Both the position numbers and the translations under genes were made by a program. The notes beneath the pieces are model-generated. The model did not search any database and was not told where the DNA came from. It saw only the letters and a program-made list of their open reading frames with translations. A stretch of 64,000 nucleotides of DNA from Takakia lepidozioides (lineage: Eukaryota > Plantae > Bryophyta): contig CM060732.1 in the NCBI GenBank assembly GCA_030704615.1, positions 58,714,001 to 58,778,000 of the forward strand, given 5' to 3'. This document shows, in pieces, positions 36,601-50,364 of this stretch; within the stretch, counting starts at the first letter, position 1, and the number at the start of each line of letters is the position of its first letter.

Positions 36601-39600
36601 ATGGGGGCCACCAGCGCCCTGGCATTTGGCCCACTATTTCTTCTCCTAAGTGGTCTAATAACGCATGCCGTGGGCCAATCCCAGAGTATACAGACAGATA
36701 CCACAGCCCTGTTAGCAATTAAAGCAGCACTGAGCGATCCCCAGGGGGTACTAAGTGGATGGATAATGGTGGAAGGCAGTGCTCCATGTAGCTGGAGAGG
36801 TGTAAGTTGCTGGAACCATCGTGTCTCAGGGCTTCGGTTACCAAGAAGTGGATTGACCGGACCCCTTGCAGGTGCGTCGGATCTTGGTCTCTTCAGTGCT
36901 CTACCTGTTTCTCTCTGTCTATGCCCGCCAATCAGATGTCTTCACAAGCTTGCAGGTGACAATGTGACAGTTCCGCGAGCATTCTAACTAGTTACAGTTT
37001 GGAAACTGTGCACTCGGGAGATGAAATCACTTTTAGCCAGACTAGCACAGGTTCAGCTTTATTCCCCTATTCACAGCGAGTCTCGAGTCAATGATAGCAT
37101 TACAACAAAATTGAGTTCGACCAGGTGTGCAATGTGGTTTTAGACAGCTACTCATTGTTTGGCCCACACATGTTTGATAAATCAATCAATCTGTGATGCC
37201 ATTGTAAGGGTGATCTGTACAATTTCTAAATCAAGAGGCAAACTGGCAAAGGATTAGAAGCACAAATCAGTGGAGAAGCAAGGAAGAGCTCTTAGACCGA
37301 AACTTTACCCACCCAATAGGAACACTTGACTGAAGCTACATTGGGGAGAATAGGCTAGCCTGCTTATGAGGACTAGCTTGTCATGCAAATACCCATGAGG
37401 TCTTTAGGTTAGTATCCATTTTTTTTTTTGGTTTTTTGCACCATAAATAATGGATCGCTTGAGAGAAGGTTGTTTTGAAGATGTGCTGTTTCAAGCTAAC
37501 CCTTTCAACCTTTGATTGGGTCGCTGATTGACAACCTTCCTAGAGACATCGCAGCAATGTCACAACACCATGTGTTTGAATTGTTACCAGAACTTAGTCT
37601 GGGCACATATGTACATAGATGTTGGATCCAGGACAAATAATATTTGTGCAAGGTCGCTTAGCAACGAACATAGAGCAACGTCTCATGTGTGCAGTTTGTG
37701 AGTATGTTAATTTCTTTGGGAGGTTTTAATCAGTAAAGAATCAGTCTTGGAAGGCTTCGTTAAAAAAAAGGTCTATGTGGACGGTGCCAACCGTCCTAGT
37801 CTTGTCCATCACCCTTCTTCATCCAGTTCTAGAGTAACCCTGCTCAACAATCTCTGGCAGGATGCCACGGCCACCTGTGCCAAGCGAACATTCTACTATG
37901 AACGTCAATTATTACATGATAACTCTTGTTCTGGTTTCTCTTTGCAGTGGAGGTGGGCAATCTAGGGGAGCTCCAGACTTTGAGTCTTCACACAAACAAA
38001 TTGACTGGCCATATACCAATTGCCCTTGGTAACTGCTTGCATCTGCGTGCCCTCTACCTTTCCCAGAATGGATTTTCTGGCTCCATTCCATCAGAGATTG
38101 CAACTGGTGCTAGGGAGCTCCAGATCCTGGACCTGGCTGAGAATCATCTTACTGGAAGTATACCACCTGAGATTGGGAGTCTCTACAACCTTCGGTTCCT
38201 GGGTATTTCAAGTAATTTACTTTCAGGGACTATTCCAAAAGAACTATCCGGGTGTTCTAAACTCTCAACGCTAGTGCTGGACACAAACTTCTTCCTAGGA
38301 AGCCTTCCACCAGAATTAGGCCTCCTCTCAAAACTTCAGAGTTTGACAGTAAGTGGGAATCAAATTTCTGGTGACCTCCCTTTGCAGCTCAGCAACTGTA
38401 CCAACCTACAAGTTGTGGAACTTGCAAATAACCAATTAACTGGTGCTGTTCCATCATTTTTTGGCAACTTTGTTAATCTACAGATTTTGGATTTGAGTAA
38501 CAACATCTTGAGTGGGTCTCTCCCTTTGCAGCTGGGTAATGCTAGTTCACTAAGGGAACTGTCGTTGGGTGGGAACTCTTGTTCTGGCCTCATACCATCC
38601 ACATTGGGGAATCTTGGGTCGCTAGAGAAGCTAAACCTCACACATAATCTCTTCTCTGGCAGCATTCCTTCAGAGCTTTCTGGCCTGACAAACTTGCAGA
38701 CCCTGATCCTGAATAGCAACAGCCTGAGTTCCTCAATTCCTGCTAACCTCAGTCGCCTTACATCACTTCGGGCTCTCTCTCTCTCTTCGAATCAATTATC
38801 TGGCACTATCCCAGGAGGGCTTGGTAGTTTAGTGAATCTGCAGTCACTCTTTGTCGACACAAACAGTTTGTCGGGTGCTATCCCTGGTGAGTTAGGTTCT
38901 CTTCTGCAACTCACATTTCTATCTCTGTCCTACAATGCCCTCACTGGATCCATTCCGGAATCACTGTCCAACTTTTCTCAACTGCAAGTTCTTGATCTCC
39001 AAGCCAACCTACTTTCGGGCAGCATCCCTTCTTCTCTGGGCTCTCTGCGGTATCTGCAAGTTTTGGATTTGAGCGGGAACAATCTGTCGGGCGTCCTCCC
39101 ACCGGAGCTTGGAAACTGTGCGAACTTGGTAATGCTGGATCTGAGTGGACAGAAGTTGTCAGGGAGCATCCCACCTGCCTATGTCACACTAGGCAACCTT
39201 CAGAGCCTTTCACTCACCAACAACTCCCTGAGTGGGAGCATTCCAACAGGCTTTGTCCCTTCCTCAGGCCTGCAAATACTGTCTCTAAGTGGGAACGCTC
39301 TTACCGGCACCATTCCCCCACAGATTGGTGCCCTGCCTGGGTTGTCCGCTCTCTCACTGTCCAACAATCTCCTTTCTGGACAGATTCCCTTGGAACTTGG
39401 TAGGGACTTGAGCCTTACTGTTCTAATGCTGAGAAACAATCAGCTGAGTGGTTCAATTGTGGGCGAGTTGGGTGCACTTTCCACCCTCCAGGAGCTAGAT
39501 CTGGGCATGAACCAACTCACTGGAGGCATTCCTGTGTTGCTCGAAAACTGCACCAAGCTGAAATATCTTGCAATTGATGGGAACAGGTTGACCGGGGAAA

Positions 39601-41310
39601 TACCTGCGGGAATCTCTGAGCTACGTCAGCTTCAAGACCTTTTGCTGCAAGACAATGAGTTAAGTGGGACAATTCCAGCTTCTCTGGGAGGTCTGCAAAA
39701 TCTTGAGGCATTTAATGTCTCCAACAATTCTTTGCAGGGATTCATTCCCACAGCTCTTGCAACAAGGTTCAATGCCAGCTCCTTTCAAGGCAATCCTTAT
39801 CTTTGTGGAGGCCCTCTTCCTTATTCCAGTGCCATCTGCAATGGGAGTCCAAGTAGCTCACCTCAAGGTGATGTCAGTTCTCACCGGGACGGGGATTTGA
39901 GTACACAGGTGATCATTGGGGCATCTGTGGGAGGGGGCATGCTGGGCCTGATAATACTGTGTCTTTTGTGTCTTGGTGTCATATGTTCTGTGAGAAAGAG
40001 GAGCACAAGGGAGACAGCACCTTCATCCCTAGAGGCAAAGCTTGTAATGTTTCAGGAGCCTATCAGTCTGGCACATATCCAGGAGGCCACAGGGCAGTTT
40101 GATGAAGACCATGTGTTAAGCAGGACGCGCTATGGCATCATTTTCAAAGCCGTTCTTCAGGTACCGTGCTGCTTACATGAGGTCATGTATGGTTTTGAGC
40201 TTGGTTCATTGTTTACATGGCTGGGTTTGATGTTGTTTGGCCTGGTCTGCAAGCCTGGGCTGGACCCCATCTCAGGACTTGTGTCATTGCAAGTTATACG
40301 TCTTGGTCTTGTGTAATTGGAGGCTTGGAGGTTACCTTGACAAGTGGTTTCCAGCTGCGGGTCGGTAGACCTCTATTGAAGGTGTTACGTGATGTCCCTA
40401 GCTAGGATGGTCCCCTCTAGCCATCTGTAAGTGGCAGTTTGCTGATTGTGATTTTTCCCCTAAATTGTATCTCCAGGATGGAACAGTTCTGTCAGTTTTA
40501 AGGTTGCCAAATGGTGTGGTGGAAGAAAGTGTCTTTCGTGCAGAGGCCGAAATGCTTGGAAAAGTCAGGCACCGCAATTTGACTGTTTTACGTGGCTACT
40601 ATGTCCATGGAGATGTGTGGATTCTGGTGTTTGATTACATGCCCAATGGAAGCCTTGCTTCTCTACTACAAGAAGCTTCACAACAGGATGGCCATGTTTT
40701 GAATTGGCCAATGAGGCATTTGATTGCGCTAGGAGTGGCTCGAGGCCTCTCGTTTCTTCATGCACAGTGTGATCCACCCATAGTACATGGAGATGTGAAA
40801 CCCAGTAATGTGCAATTTGATGCGGATTTTGAGGCCCATCTCTCTGACTTCGGCTTGGAACGGTTGGCTATCATACCCAGTGGTCCTCATTCAACTTCAG
40901 CGACTTCAGGATCACTAGGGTATGTCTCACCTGAGACGAACCTTTCTGGACAGCTAACTCGAGAGGCTGACGCCTATAGTTTTGGGATTGTTTTGCTTGA
41001 GCTTCTAACGGGACGACGGCCTGTCATGTTCGCTACACAAGAAGAAGACATAGTGAAGTGGGTGAAGCGGCAGCTGCAAACAGGACAGATATCTGAGATT
41101 TTTGACCCTGGCTTGCTGCAATTGGACCCAGAGTCATCAGAGTGGGAGGAGTTTCTTTTGGCTGTCAAAGTTGCTCTCTTGTGTACAGCTCCTGACCCCC
41201 TTGATCGGCCTTCGATGACTGAGGTAGTGTTCATGCTGGAGGGTTGCCGCGCTGGTACAGAGATGCCTACATCCTCATCGGACCCAACTTCACATCCATC
41301 ACCTGTGTAA
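36601..41310 (+). CDS. LRR receptor-like (pseudo)kinase, MUSTACHES/At4g36180-like, copy 1 (about 1105 aa)
   Basis: Exons 36601-36871, 37948-40160 and 40477-41310. Signal peptide, LRRNT CSWRGVSC, more than 20 plant LRRs and a TM segment. Family-typical EATGQFDEDHVLSRTRYG, LNWPMRHLIALG and LDPESSEWEEFLL. Confidence 0.95.
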
Positions 41311-44162
41311 ATGGAATCAGAAACAAAGGTAGCTCTGGATATTTTGTCCCCAGTGGATTTATTCTTGCAATGATAAATCCATATCTCTTACAGGCTGTAA
41401 GATATCACCAAATTTTGAATGTAGGAACTGCTAATATCGAGCAACTCCTCAATAGGACGAAGCTTGTGTGGAGAATATGACCGCTTCTTTCAATCCTCCC
41501 TTCAGTCCCAATGTGGTGCTCAGCCATACACTGCTAGCCAGCCACCAGTGGTTTCTTGCATGGAAAATTCTTTCCATTTATGGCACATGCCCAATTTCTA
41601 GGTGAGATTTCTTCATTCATCAACTGACACTGTTAAATCCAGCTATGTATTATGCATGCTTGCATATTCTTTTCTGCACACATACATCTTCACTTGCACA
41701 GTCATACCTTCATAGCATTGAAGTCATGACAATGCATACCGCAGTGATCTCACATAGCAATTTGATCTGTGTGGGTCAACCCCTCAAGTTGCCCCTCATG
41801 AACCTGCACCAACATGCTGGAGGTTCTCCCTGGCCTCGAAGCTACACAACTCTACCACATGTGTAAGATTACAGCCTCTCAAGCTGCCACTGTAAGATTA
41901 CACCACTTTAGCTGGAGACACTAGTCCTTGTCAATGTCGGAGTGCTCATTTATCTGAGCAGTGAGGGGGGAGCTCATGTGAGCTGTGCTCGTGTGATGCT
42001 CCTGGGCTGTACTGAGCTGCAAAAATCTGTGTCTATAATAGAAATGAAATGAAATGGTCTTTATAACGTCCGCGGAAAGCTCATAGAGCCTACGGGACAA
42101 AATGGAAGAAAACATGAGAGAGGAAACAAAACCAGAGCCAAGAATAAAAACTATTGCTGTAGTGATTGTCTAAGGGTGAAGGCCTCGTGCAGGTAAGCTG
42201 CCAAGCATTTCTGATCCTCATAGAGAAGGCTCAGGGGCAACAGTGATTGAGAGAAGATTGGTTTGCCGACTGATTCTACGAAAGCTGTGCTTCCTTGCCG
42301 TTCTGCCCACTCCATTTACTAGTAAGTCTCCGTTGTCCGTTCCCCCGATCTGTTTTGCTTCCCCCCGAATTTCGAAAAGCAGAACAAAGCAAGAAGAAGA
42401 AACAGAATCAGCAAAACGAAGGTATGTACGTATGTACCAAGACACAGATTCAACTGCCGTTGACTGGGTCATAGTCACTTTCCATGTGGACTCGATGAGG
42501 TCAGCGTGGGCAGGGTTTACGGGGGGACAGCTTTATTAGCTTTATTAGCAGTAGAGCACAATCATTTGCGATTGCTTTCATGGCTCATAACTCATAACGC
42601 GCGTCTTTAAGCAAGTAGCGAGGGTTTGGGGGTGGAAGTGAAGGAGGCGGCACATGGTGGGGTGGCAGAGGCGCTCCGACAGGTGACCAAAACTTGCCGT
42701 TTGATAGTTTCCGTTCCGAGCGCTGACGGACATCATGCCCCGTTGCGCTTGTCGTTGAGGGGGACCTGCACTCGTCTGCCTCCACGGTGTTGTGTGCTTG
42801 CGAAAGGAGTTCCCGACTGTTTGTTGATCGTGCTGCTCAATGTGAGAGTGATATTATCGGTGTGTTGCTGGGAGGGAGAGGAGAGGAGAGTGAGCTTGGA
42901 GGTTTTGACCAAGCGTTACGAAACGAGTTGGACAATGTGAGGAGGAGTTGGTAACGTTGCTCGTTTACCTCTGTTGAGGTCGTTAGCTTGTGCAGTTGCT
43001 GTTGGTTTGAGAGAGAGGGGGGAGCGGTGGGAGGTTTTACGTGTATCCGCATGAGTCGAGGCGTGCTTTGTTTTGTTGCGAAGTTGTTATATATAATGTT
43101 TGTCATTTTCTCCTGAGTGAGAATACGGCTACTGCATTCTCATTTGCTTTGAGAGAGGAGAGGGCTGGGAAGCTCTTCGTGTCACAAGAGGTCGGGCCTG
43201 TTGCGAGGGTGGAGATAGTGATAACGCTTATCATTTTGTCGTCGGTGAGAGGACGCGTACTACATTTGCTGTTGGTCTGCCCGAGGCGGAAGCTTCCGTT
43301 TATGTAAAAGAGGGACTGCAAGAGAGGGAGGACGGGAGGGGGAGTATGAATTAGCTTTGGTCCTGTGAAGGAAGTAATGCTACACGGGGCACAATGTGGA
43401 GTTGGTTTCGAGGTTCAGTTCTGAGTTGCTGAAGCAGTGAATTCAATAAGAAAGCATAGCGGAGAGAATTGGAGGAAGATTGGTGAGGGGAGAGTAAGAG
43501 GGAAATGCTGTGAAGCTTTGTCATGTAGAGGGAACCGGAGAAGAATGTACCGAACTCTGGATCTTAAAACGGGACGTAGACACGAGGTCTGAGCTGACAG
43601 TTGGAGTAACAGTGGGCATGAATCCAGAAGCTTGGAATGGCTGAAGTCACTGGAGCAGCAGAAGACTGAGGAAGAGATAGCAAGCATAGAGCCGGTGAAG
43701 GTGCGCCACACTGAAAGGTGTACCAACGTTTTGCGAAATAAAGAGAGAATTGACCTGGTGGATACTCATGTCCAAAGGCTGCAGGTTTTCTCACTGCGGA
43801 TGGACAAAGAGGAGGTTAGATGTGTGAATGCACCTAGTGATCGAATGTAGACTGCATTTGCAAGATCTAACTAGAACGTTATCTCGTAACTCATTCCTCT
43901 TCATTGGCCCAACAAGTTTTGTCGGACTCGCACTGTCCATTCTAACTTGAACACTACACCAGCCAGACGGATAGAGATGGAGACAGAGACAGAGGGGGAA
44001 CCAGAGGCAGCTATCTTCTTGTGACTTGCTGAAAACAGCCGACGAATTCGAATCTTTTCAAAGGGAGAAAGAAAGTTCCGGAGACTCGAATATTGAAAGT
44101 GACATAGTCACAGCTGCACTGAAAGTCAATATAAATCTAACAGGAGAGCTGATCCACATGTT

Positions 44163-47100
44163 ATGGGGGCCGCCAGAGCCTTGGCCTTAGTCGCACTATT
44201 ACTTCTAATAAGCGGTCTCTTGGTTGAAGTCGGAGGCCAATCGCAGAATACGGAGACGGATATCACAGCCCTGTTAGCGATTAAGGCAGCAGTGAACGAT
44301 CCCCAGGGGGTACTAAGTGGATGGACAACAGCGGTAGGCAACACTCCCTGTAGCTGGAGAGGTGTAACTTGCTTGAATCAGCGTGTCTCAGAGCTTCGGT
44401 TGCCAAGAACTGGATTAAGGGGACCTCTTGCAGGTATGTTGGTTTTCAGGTCTCTTCAGAAGTACAGGTGTGCGTTCTCTCAGTCTGTGCCTAACTGCCT
44501 ATCTTCCTTCATATAATAGCTGCGGAACTTCCTCTGGATCCATAGGCCCATCCGACCTCCCCAAAACAAGTAATTCTGCTTCTCTTCTTCACTACATGCT
44601 GCGATGTCATATGCGTTTGAGGGTGTGTGTGTCTCTTGGTCTGACGAGTGGTTTCCTGATAGTAAGTTACAGCTTGTGAGACCAACTTTTGTTAGGGTTT
44701 TGTAACCTAAGCAAGGTGGGAAATATGAGACATCGTTGTTTAACCTGCTGGTTTACAGAACATTTTTGTTGGTAAGCAACGCTGTTCCCCTGTTCAAGAG
44801 GTGAGACACATACAGGGATAGTTTCAAAAAAGAAATCCGTTCCAAAGAGGTGTGTGCAATAGGATTTAAGACCAGTGGTCATTCTTAGGCCACACATTTG
44901 ATAAATCAATCAATTTATGTTGCCATAGTAAGGAATAAATGGTGATCTGTACAAACCTTGAATGAAAGGCAAGCTTGCAGGGCACAGGTCAGTAGAGAAT
45001 TAGCAGTTCTTGGATGTAAACTCAGCCTTGACATGTCTGAAGCCAAAGGGGGAAGAAGAGGTATGGTCTTTGTTTGATATATTAAGGTCAGGCAGTTTGT
45101 AAAAGGAACTGGTCATGATCATCTGGTCTTTAGTGTGAGCGGTCATTTCCTTTGATGTCTGAAGGAGTACTGCGCCAAGCTATTTTTTCGATCATCCTTT
45201 TGAGCTTCAATCAGGATGAAGCAGTGGATAGATCTTCTGTTGTGTTTATACAATACTGTCTCTCCTAGCCACTTTTTGAAGAACACAAAGACGGGATAGG
45301 GATGTCAATGCGTGTCAAGACTCTTACTTTTTCTGTACAAATTTTTGTCTCCTAGCTGTAAACTCAACATGTGGTGCCTGGGCCAAATGGACAAATACTT
45401 CCATTTGTGACTTCTTGAGAAGCCTGGTTCATTACGGGTCATAAAAACATGCTGGATCTCTATATGTGTGATTTGGGAGTGAGGTAATTTCTGGTTCTAG
45501 GACAGCTTCAAACACTAAATGATTTAAGGATCTATTAGAGGATGACCCTCTCTGGAGCAGAAGTCCAAGTCTATGTTTGCCCTCTTTGAACAAATTTAAT
45601 TATCCAGCTGGTGGGGAGCACCATACAACAAGCCCTAGTATGGTGCTAGTTCTCTTCCTGGCCTATCAACGGAGCCAGGAATCATTCAACCAGGAACATC
45701 AGTAAGGACATGACCTTGTAACTCTGGCTTGTGGTAAACTCTTGCAGCGGAGGTGGGAAATCTAGGAGAGCTTCGGACTTTAAACCTCCACACGAACTAT
45801 TTTGATGGAAATTTACCAGCATCCCTTGGTAACTGCTCACACCTTCGTGCCCTTTATTTTAACCAGAATCAAATTTCTGGCTCCATTCCGTCAGAGATTG
45901 CTGGTGCTCAAAGCCTCCAAATCCTGGACCTGGCGGAGAACAGTCTCATCGGAAGCATACCACCTGAGATTGGGAGCCTCTACAACCTTCGGTTCCTCGA
46001 TGTTTCAAATAATCTGTTGTCGGGGACCATCTCGAAAGAGCTCCTGGGGTGCTCTAACCTGTCAATTCTAGCACTGGCGACAAACGTTTTGACAGGAAAC
46101 ATTCCATCAGAGTTGGGGCTCCTCTCAAAACTTCAGATTTTGACAGTAAGTGGGAATCAAATCTCTGGTGAACTTCCTTTGCAGCTCAGCAACTGTACCA
46201 ACCTGCAAGTTGTGGAACTTGCAAATAACCAATTAACTGGTGCTGTTCCATCACTTTTTGGGAACCTTGTTAATCTACAGATTTTGGATTTGAGTAACAA
46301 CATCTTCAGTGGGTCTCTCCCTTCGCAGCTGGGTAATGCTAGTTCACTAAGGGAACTGTCGTTGGGTGGGAACTCTTTTTCTGGCCTCATACCATCCACA
46401 TTGGGGAATCTTGGGTCGCTAGAGAAGCTAAACCTCACACATAATCTCTTCTCTGGCAGCATTCCTTCAGAGCTTTCTGGCCTGACAAACTTGCAGACCC
46501 TGATCCTGAATAGCAACAGCCTGAGTTCCTCAATTCCTGCCAACCTCAGCCGTCTTACAGCACTTCGGGCTCTCTCTCTCTCTTCGAATCAATTATCTGG
46601 CATCATCCCAGGAGGGCTTGGTAGTTTGGTGAATCTGCAGTCACTCTCTGTCGACAGAAACATTCTGTCAGGTGCAATCCCTGGTGAGCTAAGTTCTCTT
46701 CTGCAGCTTACATCCCTATCTCTGTCCTACAACACCCTCACAGGATTTATTCCGGAATCATTGTCCAACTGTTCCCAGCTGCAAGTTCTTGATCTCCAAG
46801 CCAACCAACTTTCGGGCAGCATCCCTTCTTCTCTGGGCTCTCTGCGGTATCTGCAAGTTTTGGATTTGAGTGGGAACAATCTGTCGGGCGTCCTCTCACC
46901 AGAGCTTGGAAACTGTGCGAACTTGGTTATGCTGGATCTGAGTGGACAGAAGTTTTCAGGGAGCATCCCACCTGCCTATGCTGCACTTGGCAACCTTCAA
47001 AGCCTTTTGCTCGCCAACAACTCTCTGAGTGGGAGCATTCCAACAGGCTTTGTTCCTTCCTCAGGCCTGCAAATACTGTCTCTAAGTGGGAATGCTCTTA

Positions 47101-49295
47101 CCGGCACCATTCCCCCACAGATTGGTGCCCTGCCTCGGTTGTCCACTCTCTCACTGTCCAACAATCTCCTTTCTGGCCAGATTCCCTTGGAACTTTGTAG
47201 GGACTTGAGCCTTACTGTTTTAATGCTGAGAAACAATCAGCTGAGTGGTTCAATTGTGGGTGAGTTGGGTGCACTTTCCAACCTCCAGGAGCTTGATCTG
47301 GGAATGAACCAACTCTCTGGAGGCATTCCTATGTCGCTCGAAAGCTGCACCAAGCTGACCTATCTTGCTCTTGATGGGAACAAATTGACGGGAGAGATTC
47401 CTGTGGGGATTTCTGAGCTAAATCAGCTTGAAGACCTTTTTCTCCAAGACAACTCTCTCGAAGGGGCCCTCCCACCGGAGTCGGGCAACCTGATAAGGCT
47501 TCATGCTCTGGATCTCTCCAACAATAATTTAAGCGGCATGATCCCAGCCTCTCTGGGCGGTCTGCCAAATCTACAAGCATTCAATGTCTCCAGAAATGCT
47601 TTGCAGGGATTAATCCCCCCAGCTCTTGCCACAAGGTTCAATGCCAGCTCCTTTGAGGGCAATCCGTACCTCTGTGGGGCTCCTCTCACTGGTTCCAATG
47701 CCAACTGCAATGGCAGTCCAAGCAGCTCGCCTGAACACAGCAAGCATGGGCTTTTGACTACACTGGAGATCATTGGCATATCTGTGGGAGGGGGTTTAGT
47801 GGGTCTGGTGCTGATCTCTCTTTGCTGTCTGGGTATCATGCGGTTAGTGAGACGGAGGAGTACAAGGGAAGGTGCACCTTCATCGCCAGAGGCAAAGCTT
47901 GTAATGTTCCATGAGCCTATCACTCTGGCACATATCCAGGAGGCCACAGGGCAGTTTGACGAAGACCATGTCTTGAGCAGGACACGCTGTGGGATTGTTT
48001 TCAAAGCCATTCTTCAGGTACCATGTTGCACAGCTTTATATGCCAATGGGTAATTTTGAACTGCATTGTTGAGACTGAGTTGTTGAGCTGCCGTCCTTGA
48101 GAACCTGGCCTTCTGCCAAAGATGGATGAGATTGACACCTGATGTGTGGTATATCAGTGACAAATAGCAGTAGAGCAATCTTAGAATGAAGCACCTGTGG
48201 GCTAACTGGGAGTGAGAGACACTGCCAGAGTTCCTGTATTTGCCCAACTTACCATTCAGTTTCCTGTATGTTCCATGTTGATTGATCTTGTCTGCACCCT
48301 GTGGTAGACCCTCCTACAATTGATTCACGGGAAGTTACAAACTTCTGCCTTCTCTCAGAGGTTTCACTTTTGTAAGTGTTACAAGATGGCCCTAGAGAGA
48401 CCATCCCTTCCGGCCCTCCGTGGTGCTGACAGTATTTTGTTTTGCTCCATTGTGTCTCCAGGATGGAACAGTGCTGTCAGTTCTGAGGTTGCCAGACGGC
48501 GTAGTGGAAGAGAGTCTCTTTCAAGCAGAGGCCGAAATGCTTGGGAAATTGAGGCATCGCAACTTGATGGTTTTACGGGGCTATTATGTCCATAGGGATG
48601 TGCGGCTTCTAGTGTATGATTACATGCCCAATGGAAACCTTGCATCTCTACTCCAAGAAGCTTCGCAACAGGACGGCCAGGTTTTGAATTGGCCGATGCG
48701 GCATTTGATCGCTCTAGGAGTGGCTCGAGGACTTTCATTTCTTCATGCACAAACTGATCGTCCCATTGTCCACGGAGATGTGAAGCCCAATAACGTGCAA
48801 TTCGATGCGGATTTTGAAGCGCACCTCTCTGATTTTGGCTTGGAAAGGTTGTCTATGGCGCCCACGGACCCTCCATCGTCTTCAACCTCTGCGGGTTCGC
48901 TGGGGTATGTCTCGCCTGAGGCAAACCTCTCTGGACAGCTAACACGAGAGGCTGACGTCTACAGTTTTGGCATTGTTTTGCTTGAGCTTCTAACGGGACG
49001 ACGGCCCGTCATGTTCACTTCCCAAGATGAAGACATAGTGAAGTGGGTAAAGCGGCAGCTGCAGACGGGACAGATATCCGAGCTTTTCGACCCTAGCTTG
49101 CTGCAGCTGGACCCCGAATCGTCCGAGTGGGAAGAGTTTCTTCTAGCTGTCAAAGTCGCACTCTTGTGTACAGCTCCTGACCCCCCTGACCGCCCTTCTA
49201 TGAGCGAGGTCGTGTTCATGCTGGAGGGTTGCAGGGTGGGTCCCGAGATGCCCACATCCTCATCAGACCCTACTTCACGCACCTCACCAGTGTGA
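44163..49295 (+). CDS. LRR receptor-like (pseudo)kinase, MUSTACHES/At4g36180-like, copy 2 (about 1124 aa)
   Basis: Exons 44163-44433, 45748-48017 and 48462-49295. Same intron positions and motifs as copy 1, with one extra LRR. Confidence 0.95.
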
Positions 49296-49579
49296 ACCAA
49301 CTCCAGACTAGCGTACCTCTAGAGATAACACATTCCTGTCCCCCATTGATGGATTCACCATACCTGCGTGCTCGCAGTGCAGATATCCTCCTCTCTCCAC
49401 ACATTCCAAAGCTGCTGTGAGTGCAGGAATTCATACTTAAGAGAGTTGCAACTCCTTGACAGGATGCAGCTTGTTTCTGCTACTCGTCTCTCTCTCTCTC
49501 CTTTCCTTCAATCATGCTCTCATCATTTCTGCACCATCATCCATCCTGGACTACAAATTTTGCGCCATTCGTTCCATCC

Positions 49580-49706
49580 TTCATTCACCCCGCTTTGAAC
49601 TGCTTTCATTACTCGCACCATCCTTCATTCATCCGCTATGAAATGCTTTCATTGTTCGAATTGCCTTTTCATTCATCCGCTATGAAACGCTTTCATTATT
49701 CGCACT
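49580..49706. repeat. Three-copy ~44-bp tandem repeat
   Basis: TTCATTCATCCGCTATGAAAYGCTTTCATTRTTCG-like units at about 49580, 49624 and 49668. Confidence 0.75.
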
Positions 49707-50364
49707 ACAGTGAATCTCAGAGGCGCGTGGTGATAGGGGCAAGTGGAGAAGATTCACCTGGTGCACAGCGCCCCAGGTGGCACCAACCCATTGCTTGTCC
49801 CTTTTCATTGGTACCCGCTCGCACGTGTTTCAGTAGCTCGTGTTGTACAATACTCGTATATTTCTGCATGGGCTCCTGTGTATATACGTACAGGACCGTA
49901 TAGGTGTAAGTCCTGGCTAAGTAGGATTAGTAACCGGGGTTATGATAAACACAGAAGTGGGGTTCGAAAGATTTCCATACAAGGATGCAAAGCTGCTCCA
50001 TCATCTCTGTCTTAAGTCTTAAGCTTTCCTCTCTTTCCTAAGCACAGAGCAATTAGAAGAAAGACTCGGCCAGGTTGGTGAGCAATTGTACATGAAAGCT
50101 GGTCTAAGTTAGTCTAACCTAGTGTAAGTTTACTTTGTGACTCCCAGTTCTTCTTCACCAACCCACCCAGGAAGGAATGAAAAGGATACACTCAGTTTTT
50201 TTTTCCTCTCTCTCTCTCTCTCTCTCCCTCTCTCTCGCAGACAAGCAGACGATTGCATCTTGGAGTTTGAGAAAGGCACGAGGCACTCACAGTATCGAAG
50301 AATTTCTTATGCTCTTGCAGCTGGAGTGGAATCGGAGATCGCGGTGAGGGTGTTGGTTGTGGCC

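Noticed and set aside
41491-41510. miR319 target site (CTCCCTTCAGTCC) downstream of RLK copy 1
   Set aside because: Only miRNA positions 3-15 pair. There is a mismatch at position 2 and across the whole 3' end.
50137-50364. 76-aa N-terminal extension of the phosphate carrier in the ORF track
   Set aside because: It has a GTG start and runs through a CT tract and splice acceptor. ATG 50365 is the plausible start.
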